Below, piece after piece: positions 24,818-37,600 of a stretch of DNA of 64,000 nt. How positions within the stretch are numbered: the stretch's first letter is position 1; each line of letters starts with the position of its first letter. The DNA lies in contig NW_024704743.1 of NCBI RefSeq assembly GCF_018977255.1, positions 20,090,001-20,154,000 on the forward strand, written 5' to 3'. The stretch comes from Callorhinchus milii. Taxonomy: Eukaryota. The notes beneath the pieces are model-generated. The model ran no database searches and was not told the origin of the DNA. It saw nothing but the letters and a program-made list of their open reading frames with translations. The position numbers and the translations under genes were made by a program.

Positions 24818-26611
24818 CTACAGGATGTGGGGTGTCAACATTCCTCTGATCTAAAAGTAAGAGTCCCGAATGGGGCTTGATTACTCAAACAGGACAAGAG
24901 TGCTACCAACTGAACCAAACTGATACGTAATGACTGACATAATGAATTGGGTTGTTTATGCCCCCTTCAATGTAATGCCAATTTACACATAAAAAGGGGC
25001 CATTACAGGCTTAATTATGCCACATCTGGATTTTTTCCAAACCAATAATTGCAATATTGTTTGCTGATGTTAAAAGTGAATCTAACAGTAGAAAAGGAGC
25101 TGGTGGGCTCAGGCAACCAAGTAGTTACAATCATAAGTTACCTCATCACTGCTGGAGAGATAGACCCCAAAAGGAAATTCCAACTCCAAGAAAAGTAACC
25201 TCCTGAGGTCCAAAATTCCTCATGATCTTAAACTTAATGCCATTATCTAAAAATTCAAGATATTCCACTTCTTATTAAGAACTGTGGAATAACAGCTGCC
25301 AGATTAAGACTGGATCTATCCGCGCTTAAATTTTAAAACAATCGTCTTAAGGCAAAATTCATGAAGAATTTCAGACTTTTGGTTTCTTCAGAACAGTGGT
25401 ACGCCAGGTGGCTCAAACTCAGCAAGCAACTATCAAGGGCATCAGCTATAAATTGCAAGATTTATTAGCAAGTCTGTAGTTACCACAGCCTTGGGAGAGA
25501 AACCAGAACACTCACATCCGACTCTACTGTCACTTTTCAAACTGCATTCAGCAATTACACAAGTATTGGCCACTGCACCACATGTAAATGTATCCACCAA
25601 GTCACAGCTGTGTCGGTGAAGTGAGTAGAGAGACAAATCTACTTCTCTAAAAGCCTCCAGCAAAAACAAACACAACAGCCCTGTGACATTGTTAATTTCC
25701 CTAGGGTACTGGGAACCATTGACTGCATACATTTCGAACTATGTGCACCTTGCCTGCCATTCAGTACAATCAATAGGTTTCCTCAATGAGTCAGCAGGTT
25801 TATTCAGTGAATAGTGAGTAGTGGACCACGGAGGGGACTGGGTTCAACTTAGCTGAGCTGATCACACACACAAGGCTGAACAGACTGACTGTAATTGAAT
25901 AATTGGTGCTTGGGCAAAGCAGTAAAGGGTCACATAGAACCATTCCCCGCTACAAGGAAAAATAATTCAAAAACTCTTTAAGAAAGGAAAGGAAGGAAGG
26001 GGATGGATAATAATGGAGAAGAAAATTGGTGAGCGGGGAAAAAGCAAAAACTGACTGCAGATGTAAAAAATCAAACCATGCATGATCAACTAAAGCACCC
26101 AAATCCACCCTAAATCTGCTCCATTCTCTCGCAATCCACTTCTAAGATATTTGAGTAGCACAGGAAATTTCTGGGCTGCCTTTAGGAAGATGGTGGTTAT
26201 GGTTGATCATTCCTATTTTAAATCCACAGATCTCTATAAAGGAATAATTGTATCAAGGGATTGTACAAAGGAAATCTGGGATATGTTTTAGTTGCATTGA
26301 TGTTTTGGCTGGAATGCCATATCTTCTTGACATATTGTATGCTGCACACAACACAACATTTTGAAGTGGGCATATGGGGACCAACAGAAAGCCATGGTGT
26401 TACAACTTCCACCAGTTTACAGTACCGCCTCGAGGGAGTTAGCAACCTATGAGCCCAAATCATGCAATAATGCTCCAACAAAACTTATTATGTGCAGTTT
26501 GGCCTTATAACAAGTTTATCAACAGCACTTTTTCATGAGGATGCTTCCTTCACTCCTGACACACTTAGAAATGCACATCTCTAAACTCATGATATCCCTT
26601 GTCTAACGATG

Positions 26612-26972
26612 AATAATAATCCTTGCATTTGATTCAGTGCCTTATCATGTAATTGAAGTGCCTCAAAGAAGTTACTGTAAAGTGAATTAACTGTATATAT
26701 TGTGGATGAAACGCAGCAGCCAATTGTGGAAGGCGGTGTCCCACAAACAGTCCCATTGAATGACCAAATTGCTATTTTTTTAAGGGATTATTACCCCCAG
26801 AAAAGCAATCCACCAATCGACTAACAGCCAGGTTCATATTTACTGCTAGGTAGGTAAACAGAAGCATGTGGAATAAGGAAATTTGCCTAATGTTTTGTCC
26901 TGCCGGGAATCGAACCTGGATCCTCTCACTTGCGTGGTGAGTGCTCTAACAAATACACTACAGGACTCCACA
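26612..26972 (-). mobile_element. tRNA-derived SINE, long variant
   Basis: Collinear with 5383-5750. Confidence 0.85.
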
Positions 26973-29900
26973 ATAATTGTCTACAATAATTCATACACAG
27001 AATTAAGAATTCATGAATGGTGCTGATTTCTGCCTCCCAGCTTCCTACAGCCACCTCCTGATCATTTTTTCTTCCCAGGCTGCTTGGTCCCAAATAGGTA
27101 ATGAGAATGCAAATATAGTAAATTAGAGAAAATAAAATTAATACTTTTGTCCTGCTACCTCGTAAGTCTGATTAGTTACACAGTTGGCAATACTTCTGCC
27201 AGCAGGTATTTTGCAGGGTTGGTGTTCTCGTATGATCTTGTGAAGTTGCTATCTGGAGCGCTGAGGTCAAACAATGGTATTCTTCATCCAAACCGCTCTT
27301 ATGACCTTGTGAAGGTGAACGGACAGTTCAGATTGAATCATGTTACATAGAGAGTGCTGAATGTGTGCAGTATGAGGTGTTGTCAGCAAATTCATAAGGA
27401 AATTAGATTGTTATTTAACAAAAAAATTAAAGTGAGGAGCATAAAAAAATGAGGAAAAGTTAGTTACTCTTTTAAAATGTTGGGATCAGTCAGATTATCT
27501 GGAATGTTTTTGTCTACTCCTGTCAAGTTTTGTATTCCTACATTTACCCAGAAAACAATCACTGCGCTATACCAAATATAAGGATTATTATTATTAATCG
27601 TATGATTATGATTAAGGGCACCTGTATGTGTTTGCCCTTGGTTAATCCAGGCAGCAATTTTCCACTTTAGTTGTGAACTGAACCAGCAAATTAGGTCTCA
27701 TGATCATAACAACAATTTATATAATGCCTGCCTTTTACGTTGATAGGACTCTCAAAGTACTTCACACATCTGACTGGGAGTCCATTGTGGGGTGGGGTTT
27801 GGTAGGGTGGTGGGAAAATGTGGACAAAAAGATGGGCTTTAACACAGGCTTTAAAGGTGGGGAGGGAAGGAGGGGACAAATACAAAGTACTCGTACCAAA
27901 ATATCTGCGGTTATCCATGAGGTCCCAGCAACTACTACACATTAATTACCAATCCTACTGCAGCATGATGCTAAAGATTATTGAAGTATCAACGAGCAAT
28001 GTTACAGAGCACTGGGTCAGGAAATTGTGATTGTATTTCAGCTTTACCACTGAGCCTCAATCTTAGGCACAACAGTGTGTTGAGGTGCTTTCCAGAGTTC
28101 CACAGACTGAAATTCGATTTCATCTCATCCTGTAAGACCATTTTCTCCTCGAATTTAAAATCATGCAAAATTGTGAAAAAGTCTTAAATTAAGATTTAAA
28201 TTGGAAGCTATTTTTCTGCAGTTCTTTATTTTTTGAAAAAAAGGCTTCCAAATTAAGTCTTCTTAATTTAAGACTTTTCCACATATTCTGTGCAATCTTA
28301 ACTTTTAAGACATTATGGTCTTTCAGGATAAGACTCAAAGGGATTTCAAGCCTCAGATACTGAACTTCCCAAAGGAGACAAAATCACCGGGAAATTCATC
28401 TTAAGGCCAGTCTTCCACACCTATTAGCAATTATTGGGGATTATTCTCTCAGCCTCTCAGTTGCAGTTGGATCTGCAGCCCAGGCGATACAAAGGAAAGC
28501 AAAGAAAAATAACAAAGCAAAACTCTGAACGGGGAAACAGTCAAAATCTCATTAGAAACTCAAAAGTATGTCTATATTTTTTGAAGTTACTCATCCCACG
28601 GATTAGTTTTCTTCCAAAAATACATTTGTGTTTCTCACTGCCAAAAATGTGTGACCTTCAAACTACTGCACTAATATAATGATCTTCCTCCTAGCCAACC
28701 AGTAGCACAATCAGCAGCTCCCCCATTCCCAGAAAGAAACAGCTGGAGTAAATGATTAAGTAACATACATAGTATATATATATAAATATATATTAGACTC
28801 AATTAACATAACACAGAGCAGGACTTAGAAAGCAGTAATTCCATCTCGGGGTTCAAGTAACATTTATAAATGGACTTCCTTTACTTTGTTAATCCTCATC
28901 CTTATGCCCGAGGGTGTGAAACTCTCAAACAACAAAACCATGGTGCAAGCGAAAAAATAAATTCTGAAAAAGATTTATTCCTTTCTGTCTTCTTCTTTTG
29001 ATGGTTTCTATTAAAAACTGTATGGCTTGCTCATAGGTTACCTTAGGTTGTGGGTTTTCCTTACGCCCACCTGAAAGGGAGAGCAAAATGACCATTTAAT
29101 TGATGCTCATTTTCAGTGTTCGGATTAGCCTGCTTTATGACCACACTGTGCATGTTTCTACAATACATCGTGATCAGTTGTGGCCCAGTATTCAGTTTGT
29201 CAAAATTCCTTACAAAAGGCAGAAGTCCATGAATTTTCTTAATTTATGTTGAGACTATCCACCTTAAAGGTGAAACATCCCCATTTGGGGAATCAAAAGA
29301 TTTTTGAAATTTCACAATGTTTTTTTTTATTTCATACCTATATCATTTTGAGGCTGAAATTACTTCATTGCATTGCATGTTGATAAACACAGTTGGAAAA
29401 GGTTAATACAGTATAATCACAAGAGATCACCAGAAAGATTCAGATAAAGAAGTCTGTTCAGCCTGTTTGACTTCAATCTTTCACTCCTTTATCTCTGGTT
29501 GCTATACATTCCTGCCTTTATGCTTTAATTCATTTGCTTCACAAGATCAAAAGAGAGATTTGGGTGAAGAAAGTTTTTTGGCTCATTTGAATTCAGCCTT
29601 CCAGATTCCCAACCCTATCCTCTTTACCATTATAGTTTCAAGTTGTTTCTTAAATGGGTGCACTTTTTTGGTCTCTGGTATCCTTATATTCCTGACATCC
29701 CGTTGCTGTTAATTAAACTCTGAGTAAGGAAATACTTCCTTGTGCCTTTCAGAACTTTCAACCTATGCCTCTAGTCCTGCTGCATTTGCCTTCCAAAAGT
29801 ATTGTTCTGATTTGTTTTTTCTATTCCACTAAGCATCGCATATACATCCGTAATAGCCTGTTGAATTGTCTATTTTAGAAGCTAAAAATATGTAGCTTAT

Positions 29901-30349
29901 CTAGTCATTCCTCATAACTCATCCTTCTAATATTGGGAATTAGCTTCATTGCTCTCTTCTGCACCATCTCTAAGTCCTGGGTGGTCTCCTTATGTCATAG
30001 TGACCAGACCGCTACTCTCTACTGTCCAGTGCCTTAGGACGTTCTTCCGACATAAAAGACGCTATATAAATACAATTTGTTATTTGTTGTATTCCATTTG
30101 CAGCCAAACCAGCATGGTACACAGCTTGAGCATGACTTTGGCAATGTAGATAAACCAGCATGCTGTTCAATTTGTTTGTTGCTGCTTGCACTGATTGAAC
30201 ATGATACTTAATGTTATCTAATGTCTAAAGTCTCATTATATTTCCCTGGGCAAATTCCATTCCATCCATGAACTATATGTGACTCTTATGTTTACCTACA
30301 ATATGCGGTACTTTGCATTGTTTTGCATTCAACTTGAGTAAGATACTGG

Positions 30350-31220
30350 AACTATGTGGATAGATAAATTTTCAAAAAGCATTTGATAAGGTTCCACATA
30401 TGAGGTTAACTGTAGGTCAGTTCATAGACACAAGCAGCAATCAAACAAGTCCATGGGTTGTTGGCCTTTATCACAAGAAGACTGAAATATAAAACAAAGG
30501 AAGTGATGTTACAATTATATAACATTATGTCAGACCTCATTTGGTCACCACACCTTAGAAAATGCAATACTGATATGGATGGCGTGCAATGTAGATTCAC
30601 CAGAATGATAATTGTATATGATAATCCTATATCAAATAATTGCATTTGATATAGGGCCTTATCACATTGTCGAGACGTCTCAAAGTGCTTCAAAGAATTT
30701 ACACAGCAATGTCCAACAAACAGCCATTACTAAACCGATGCTATTTGGGGGATTTTTGGCCAGGGCATCGAGAGAAACTCACTTCTCTTTTAAAATAGTG
30801 CCATGGGATCTATAGTGTCCCGCCCCTGACATAGACAGTGAGCTTGAAGTCCCCATATAGTGTGATACCAGGCTGAAACTTTAATACCTGAATATATGGA
30901 TGATATCTGGATTGAAGGGCCTTAGTTATAAGGACAGGATGGACAAACTGGGGCTATACTCCCTTGAACAGAGGAGGTTGAGAGATGTGTGAACAAGGTG
31001 CTTAAAATAGCAAAGGGAATTGGCAGGGCAAATAAAGACGACACTTTCCCTTTGGTTGTAAGATCCAGAACAAGAGGGCATAATCTAAAAATTAGAGCAA
31101 GATATGTTAATGAAATCTGTTAAAAAAAAATTTTACTCTTCTAAAGTAGTGTTGTGGGATGGTGGAATTCAGAGTAGGTTCACCGGGCCGAATGTGCTAC
31201 TCCTGTTCCTATGTTCTTAT
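30350..31220 (+). mobile_element. CR1 LINE fragments interrupted by a Deu-type SINE (~30620-30870)
   Basis: tttcaaaaagcatttgataaggttccacat (FQKAFDKVPH, CR1 RT motif); 3' end gggccgaatg..ctactcctgttcctatgttcttatg. Confidence 0.75.
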
Positions 31221-32494
31221 GCCCAGCAAAAGTTAGGGTTTGAAGAAAGATAAAAAACAGGGAAAATAAACAAATTTATAAAAGAAAACTTAAGGTGCGT
31301 ACCATTTTATAAAAAATAAATGCAATGTATTTAAATAAACGTATGAGGCCATTCAAAAGATGATTAGTCCGCTTACACACATTATCTGGAATCACATTTG
31401 AAGGCTGCCCATTTGAGTAAGGTCCATGAAAAAGAATTATACCCCAAAAAATCAAATGATAAAAACTATTTTTGAAAGAGATTAATATAAAAATCACTTT
31501 CGCTGTTGTAACTAAATTAGTTCAATTGTTTGTGCTAACACTCACTGTTTAGGACCACACATGAAGAATGGTTATTAAAAATGTACCAGCGAGTAATCTG
31601 TACCAACACCAACCTTCAGGAGAGGAGGGAGGAAAACTCATGCATGAAAAGGATGATTCAACTTATTTCAATTTTGAAATTTGGCTTTTGACTGGCTGTG
31701 GATGAAACTCTGGTTATACTACAGGCACTTTGAATCAATGTGAGATTATTTCCCTGAGGTTGTCTCAAACCAATTGCTTGAATCAGTTACAATCTTCTGA
31801 AACCATAGTTACCCTCAAAACCAGGTCTCCTCGCTTGTGAGGCAAGTGCTCTAACCAGTAAGCTACAGGACACCATTTTGCAAATACAGCAAATACAAAT
31901 CATTTGTATTTTCCACTCAGTCTAACTCCTGTCAAGGACTAGGGAAGAGGTTGCAGACACTAAACAAGCAAATGCAGAATGTTGCTATCTAGCACCAAAT
32001 GCTGGTCAATGTTTTCATATTATTAAAGAGCTAAGAATGTGACCAGCTCTCTAATAACATTAGAAACCTTAAAAGCGATTTGAGAACTCAGGTGGAGTGA
32101 GAATTTATAATTTTTTTGCAATTTTCAGTTTCTTGAATTTGACTACAACAAAAAGGCTGACTTCGGTATAACGAATGCCCTGGGGACTCGGGAGAAAGAG
32201 CAATTATATCCGTGTGTTCACTATAAGAGGTTCATTAATACAAATGCCAGTAAACATTTAACAAACGGTCTAATGTAAAACTGTGTTTATTAAACCGGAA
32301 TACAATAACAATAAAGTTTGTTATATCAGGGGCTGCGCTGCTTCATTGATTGCAGAGTGGGGGGAGGAATCAACAGAACAAAAACAGGTCTCAGAGTCAG
32401 AAGGTTGTGGGTTAATGTTGGGATGTTTAATTCACATTCTCTGTGGGGGGAAAAAATATGTGCACGTTTCATTTCAGTAGAGGATGAATCCTGT

Positions 32495-32820
32495 TGTGTG
32501 CTGGGTTAACTGAAATCAATCAGGGGCACTGCAATTGGCCTCAGTACTTCAGAGCTAGGGAGGGGGGAAAAAATCAGCCAGGGTTCCCACTTCTGATCGC
32601 TTTCTTCTGACCCAGCTGAGAAGTGCATGTGTGGATATGGATTGAGGATAAGGTTTTGATCAGCTGCTATGCCCCGTGGGGCTAAATAACTGGCCAACTG
32701 ACAGGGTATGAATAATGGCCATTTGAGTGAGATACCAGAGTGTGCCCGGCACCTGTGGAACCCCAGTAGAAGGAGCATTTGTCAACTGCCTTCAGGGGGA
32801 TGAGGGGAGAAAATTAGAAG
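32495..32820 (+). mobile_element. Old dispersed SINE-like repeat of unassigned family (also ~9330-9520, ~11745-12165, ~23185-23330, ~31540-31635, and reversed ~61620-61790)
   Basis: Shared motifs tgtgctga.ttagctgatctcagc, aattggcctcag, ggga.ggaaaaatcagccagggttcc, cacacatgaagaatgg and gccttcaggagaggaggg among copies. Confidence 0.6.
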
Positions 32821-34611
32821 ATAAATGGGGGGAGGGGGGGGGGAGAAAGATAAAGGTATCCCCCCCCCCCCCCCCCCCAGCACCCCCAGGTTGTTTGCTT
32901 TTCACAATATTGGTTCCACTATTCTTGCACAACTGCATTTTAATGGTCAGCAAGCAATGCACCATTGCTGAAAGTTCAGACACAGTTAGGGTGAGGGGGA
33001 CACAAATTGTATTTTCTTGGTAACTTTTAACGAAGATCAATGATGTGATTCATTAGGGGTTTTTTTTTGCGCGGTGAGGCTTTTCTAAGATAATTGCGAT
33101 CACAACACCACATCGTTTTTTTTTAAAAAAAACATTTTTCTCTTGGCGTGAAGGCGAGAGTTTAATTGTTTTTTTTTGATGTGATGTCCTGTTTATTCGT
33201 GTAAATTCTGTGGACGACCACGAGTAACAGCTTGCAAATAAAAAAAGAGCACGACTGTGCTATTTTTTTTAGACAGCAGAGAATTAGTCGAACTTTCTCA
33301 GCTGTTGGGACGTACCCTTTCCCCTTCCAACGTGTTCTCTCTTTCTTTTTCGCGAGTTGTGCATTTAGTTTTCGAGTCCCTGTGTTGCTTTCAAACAACA
33401 CATCCGATCGTATTTATTTGCAAATTGTAAATCGCTTGGCTTTTGAGTGAGCAAATCATTCGGAATGGAGATTTGTGCCTAATTGTCCCCCCCCCCCACC
33501 TCCCCACCCCCCGCATTTGTGCCAGTGTTAGCGCTGCATAAACAGTATTAAACATAAGCGGTATAAGCAAAAAAAACAGTGCATTTTTACAGGAGCTTCA
33601 GGCACACGTTTCATTCTGGTTCGGGGTGCAAACCGCGCTGGTGTTTGGAATAAGTCTCCAGCGCAGTGTCATCGCTATCCCTCTCACCTCGCAGTCCAGA
33701 AGTTACATTTGCCGGAAAACAACGCTGTCCCCCCCCCCCCCCGGGGGGAAAAAAAACCATTGCACCCCCAATGCTTCGTGTCCTCACTGAATTGCCTGCA
33801 ATTTTAAAGGGAGGAATCGTGTTAAATTCCGCTGCTGCAACCGCTAACAGCTCGCGAATCCGGCAAATCCTCCGCTAAACCGAATCGGAGCTTTTACGTT
33901 TTTAAACTGTATTCAAAAGGGTTGTGTGTGTGTGTGAGTGTGTGTGTGTGTGTGTGTGTGGGGGTTGACTTTTTTTTTAAAAAAACGCGTTGATGTTTTT
34001 TTCACCCGAATCTCGTCCGGATCGGGAAAGGCATCTTAACGATACAGTCGCTCGTGAGATCCTTCCCGATCTGATCTCTGAACGCCTATTTTGCACTGTT
34101 GGGGGGGGGGGGGGGGGTGGAAAAAAAAAGTCGGGTTCCTTCCACAGGTTCGACCTTCATCGGTTTCTGGTTCACCTTAAAAGTGCAGTGATGATCTTCA
34201 CTCGGAGGTGTGACATGGATCAGGTAGAACAACCGAACCGTCCTCTCCCTCCACACGTTATAAGGAAGGTGTCGGATGAGAGACTGAGTGCATTTTCCCG
34301 ACAGTATCCCGGACTTCTGTGGACCTGCAGAATTGCAACATCTGAAAAATGTAATGAGCGGCTTCCTGCAGTCCATGTGCACATCGCATGGTCGCACAAG
34401 GCAATAACTGGAGAGCAGAATTGCTGGGCAAAACCTGCATTTCTCAGATTATGTATCTATTTATGTATATATTTTTAAAACAGTTCTATTCTCGCACAGC
34501 ACACACACAGCACAACACACACACACACACACACACACAGGCGGAGAGTTTGTTGAAATTTTTAGAGGATTGCAAAGCGGAATCGTCCATGTCGGGACAG
34601 GGTTAAACGGG

Positions 34612-34630
34612 AGACAGACAGACAGACAGC

Positions 34631-34663
<33 letters not shown>
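34612..34663. repeat. (CAGA)n microsatellite; (CA)n at ~34500-34538 and (TG)n at ~33923-33960 nearby
   Basis: Direct reading. Confidence 0.9.
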
Positions 34664-34664
<1 letters not shown>

Positions 34665-37600
34665 GTGCTGTGTCTGCTGGGCTGCAGTCCCTGCCCTGGC
34701 CGGAGCGGGGTGCTGCAGGGTTGTTCTCACGAATAGAGCAGCAATTGCACTCCGGGTGGATGGAGAGTGTTTATTTTAAACAGGTCTGTGATTTAGGAGG
34801 TTACAGCAAAGCAAAATTGGGTGAGGGAGGGGGGAGGGTGTTGCTATAAACAGCCGTGAGAGAGAACCACCCAAACTGTCCAAGGACGATGTATACCCCG
34901 ATATTCTTTTAAGAGATGGCAAAAAAAAACTATGTTTGCACCTCAGGTCGCAGGGATGCCTTCGTCTCTCAAGCTGTTGAATAAACTCTTAGTGGCTTTC
35001 AAATGTTTTTTTTAAAAAAAAGTTATTTTAAAATGCCAATTGCCCCCCACGAACTTTGCAACAATTATTTTAAATCCCAACAATCAATCTGATAGGGATT
35101 TGGTTCCCCCCCCCCCCCCCCCCCCCCCCCACCACCACCCCACGGTGTTCCTAACGTTGGTTTGCAGGATTGGTGAAGCCGATCATATGAGTTTGTTTGC
35201 TTACATATTGCTCAAATATTGTGAAGCGGAACATGGGGCCATGCAATACCTGTTCAGACTGAGCTCTCTCAACTAACATTATGTTATGGTAGAGTCATGA
35301 AATACAGCACTGACACTATAGAACAAGGGCAAAGGAATACCTCCCACCCCCCCAAAAAAAACCTGTGGACCTCATGTTCAAGTGTTATTTTTTTAAATTA
35401 CGAACAATTTAAATCCTCTGAGCATCACTGCTCGGATAAACTCTGGGGTTCTCTCTTTGATGAGCCGGTTTGAGCTGTTGCAAAGCAGCGAATCCAACTG
35501 ATCTCTGGCTCCCTGGGATCCAGGTAATTCGGGAACCGACATTCCGAGTCTGTCCACCCCCCCCCCACCCCTCAAAAAAAAGATTCAAATGTTGCACATG
35601 ACATTTTTTGTTCTACCCCGTACAATCTCGGTACAATTAATTGAACGTTTGCCAGGTGGAAAAATAATATTGTAGAAGGGGCTACTTGCAATCCTTTATT
35701 TCCCCCCCCCCCCCCCCACACTCACCACCCACCCCCATTCCCCAGGGAGGAGATGCAATTAGTTTTGCAACACAAACAATGGAACTGAATGCTTTATTTC
35801 AGCTTTTTGCAAAAGACTATTTGAGAGGGTACGGAAGGAACGCGTGTTTCTCGCCCAATCGTGCAATTCACTGTGTGTGTGTGTGTGTGTTTTGGAGGGG
35901 GGGGGGGGGGCGGGTGTTGTTTTTATTCTGGTGGGGAGGGAACGAGGTGGGGGGGCGCTTTGAGCTTTTGCGTGCCGGTTGGTTGTGATTTTCGGAATAA
36001 AACCGGGGAGCTGTTAAAGCGGGTCTGAAATAATAATCCCACCTCATGTTCGCGTGCTTTCCAACCCCCCCCACCCCCACCCCCCGTAATGAAACCTATT
36101 CCCTGAGGTCGGGCGGCCCTGGACGTCAATCAGAGCAGCAGATTCAGGATGCCATTGTTTGCAGACTCACGTCACTGCTTTTCCTCTTATATTAACTTAC
36201 AATGCAATGCCCGTCCTGATCACTCATTCGTAATGTGGGTCATTATTTGGCTAAATCCACGGGAGAGAGAGAGAGAGGGAGAGAGAGAGGTGGTGGTGGT
36301 GGTGGGGGTGGGTGGGTGGGTGGGTGGATGGGTGTGGAAATGTCCCAATCTCTGGGCCAGAGATGATGCCTGACGCTTTACAAACAGCAGCGTGTTTACT
36401 CAGCACGTTTAGATTACCCCGGGTTTATTTAAATCAGCCACTGCTATGGGGCACAATGACTGGAGAGAGAGAGAGAGGGAGGGAGGGAAAGAGAAAAGCC
36501 CTGACCAGAAGCTGCAGCAGGATGGCTCAGCTCATTAAAGTAATGCGCGCCTGCTTTTTTTTGCAGCAGAGGTTTTTCATTCTGTTTTCTTTAAATAAAG
36601 GTTCACCAATAAGAAGGTGTGTGTGTGTGTGTGGGGGGGGGTGGAGGGGTTTGTACTTTCTTATACGTTGGGAAGGCGAGTGATTTCATTATCCGTAGAG
36701 CAACCATTTGAAGCCGTAATTACTGTCATTTGTCGGCTTCATCGGGTGGTAATTATGGTTTCACAAACTAGATTAATGCACAGAAGTTTAAAACATTGGG
36801 TCGATTGGGGTGCTTGGAATGGTAACATGACTTCTTTTTTCAAAGGTCCCCTTCATTCTTCAGACTCAAGTCAAAAGGTTTGAATGATAATTTGGGGTGG
36901 TGGGGGGGTTGTTCTCCAAATAGAACATTTGATATTATTTATGCATTTACCTCGTCCTTCCTTACACTTATTCTTGTGATGATTCCGTGCGTTGAGCGTT
37001 TATGGATTGTCAGAGGCAATACATTGGCCTCACGTTTCCGCGGATGCAGCTTTCTCACAGGGATCGTTATATTTCCAAGATAGCTCAGTCAAGGGACATG
37101 CACTGCAAGTTACCAAGATAACCAGATAACCGCTTCAGTTGGACCTGTAAAAGAATTTGGCGATTGAAAAGCTTCTTAAGAAGGGCGGAGAGGAGTTGTA
37201 GGAAAATTCTCAACAATGTTGCGGACTGTTCTGTGCAGGTTCCTACCACATAGTGGAGATCAAATTAGCTCGTTTACTCCTTCCTATCCATTTCTGTGTG
37301 GGGTTTTTTTGTTTGTCAAAGGAGATCGCAAAACAAACTCAAAATGAACAGTAAAAGCCGTCCACAGGTTTGATGTCTGTCGGTGGCTTTGAGAAGAGGA
37401 GGAGTGGTTGGGGGGGAAAAGGGAACAAGAGATTTTTTTTCTCTCTTTTTTGCTGAAAAATAAAGTGAGGAAAAGCGATGCGTTACACCGTGTTGCCCCT
37501 TCAGAATTGATTTTTCTTTTAGCGCTGCTCCTAAAATTAAAATTGGATGAATGTTGACCCCATTATATTTTTCCCAAAGAGTGATATTATGAGAGAGAGA

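Noticed and set aside
33000..37000. miR-1915-like hairpin or CASC10-like ORF
   Set aside because: No convincing pre-miRNA hairpin or matching ORF seen by eye; only positional similarity is claimed.
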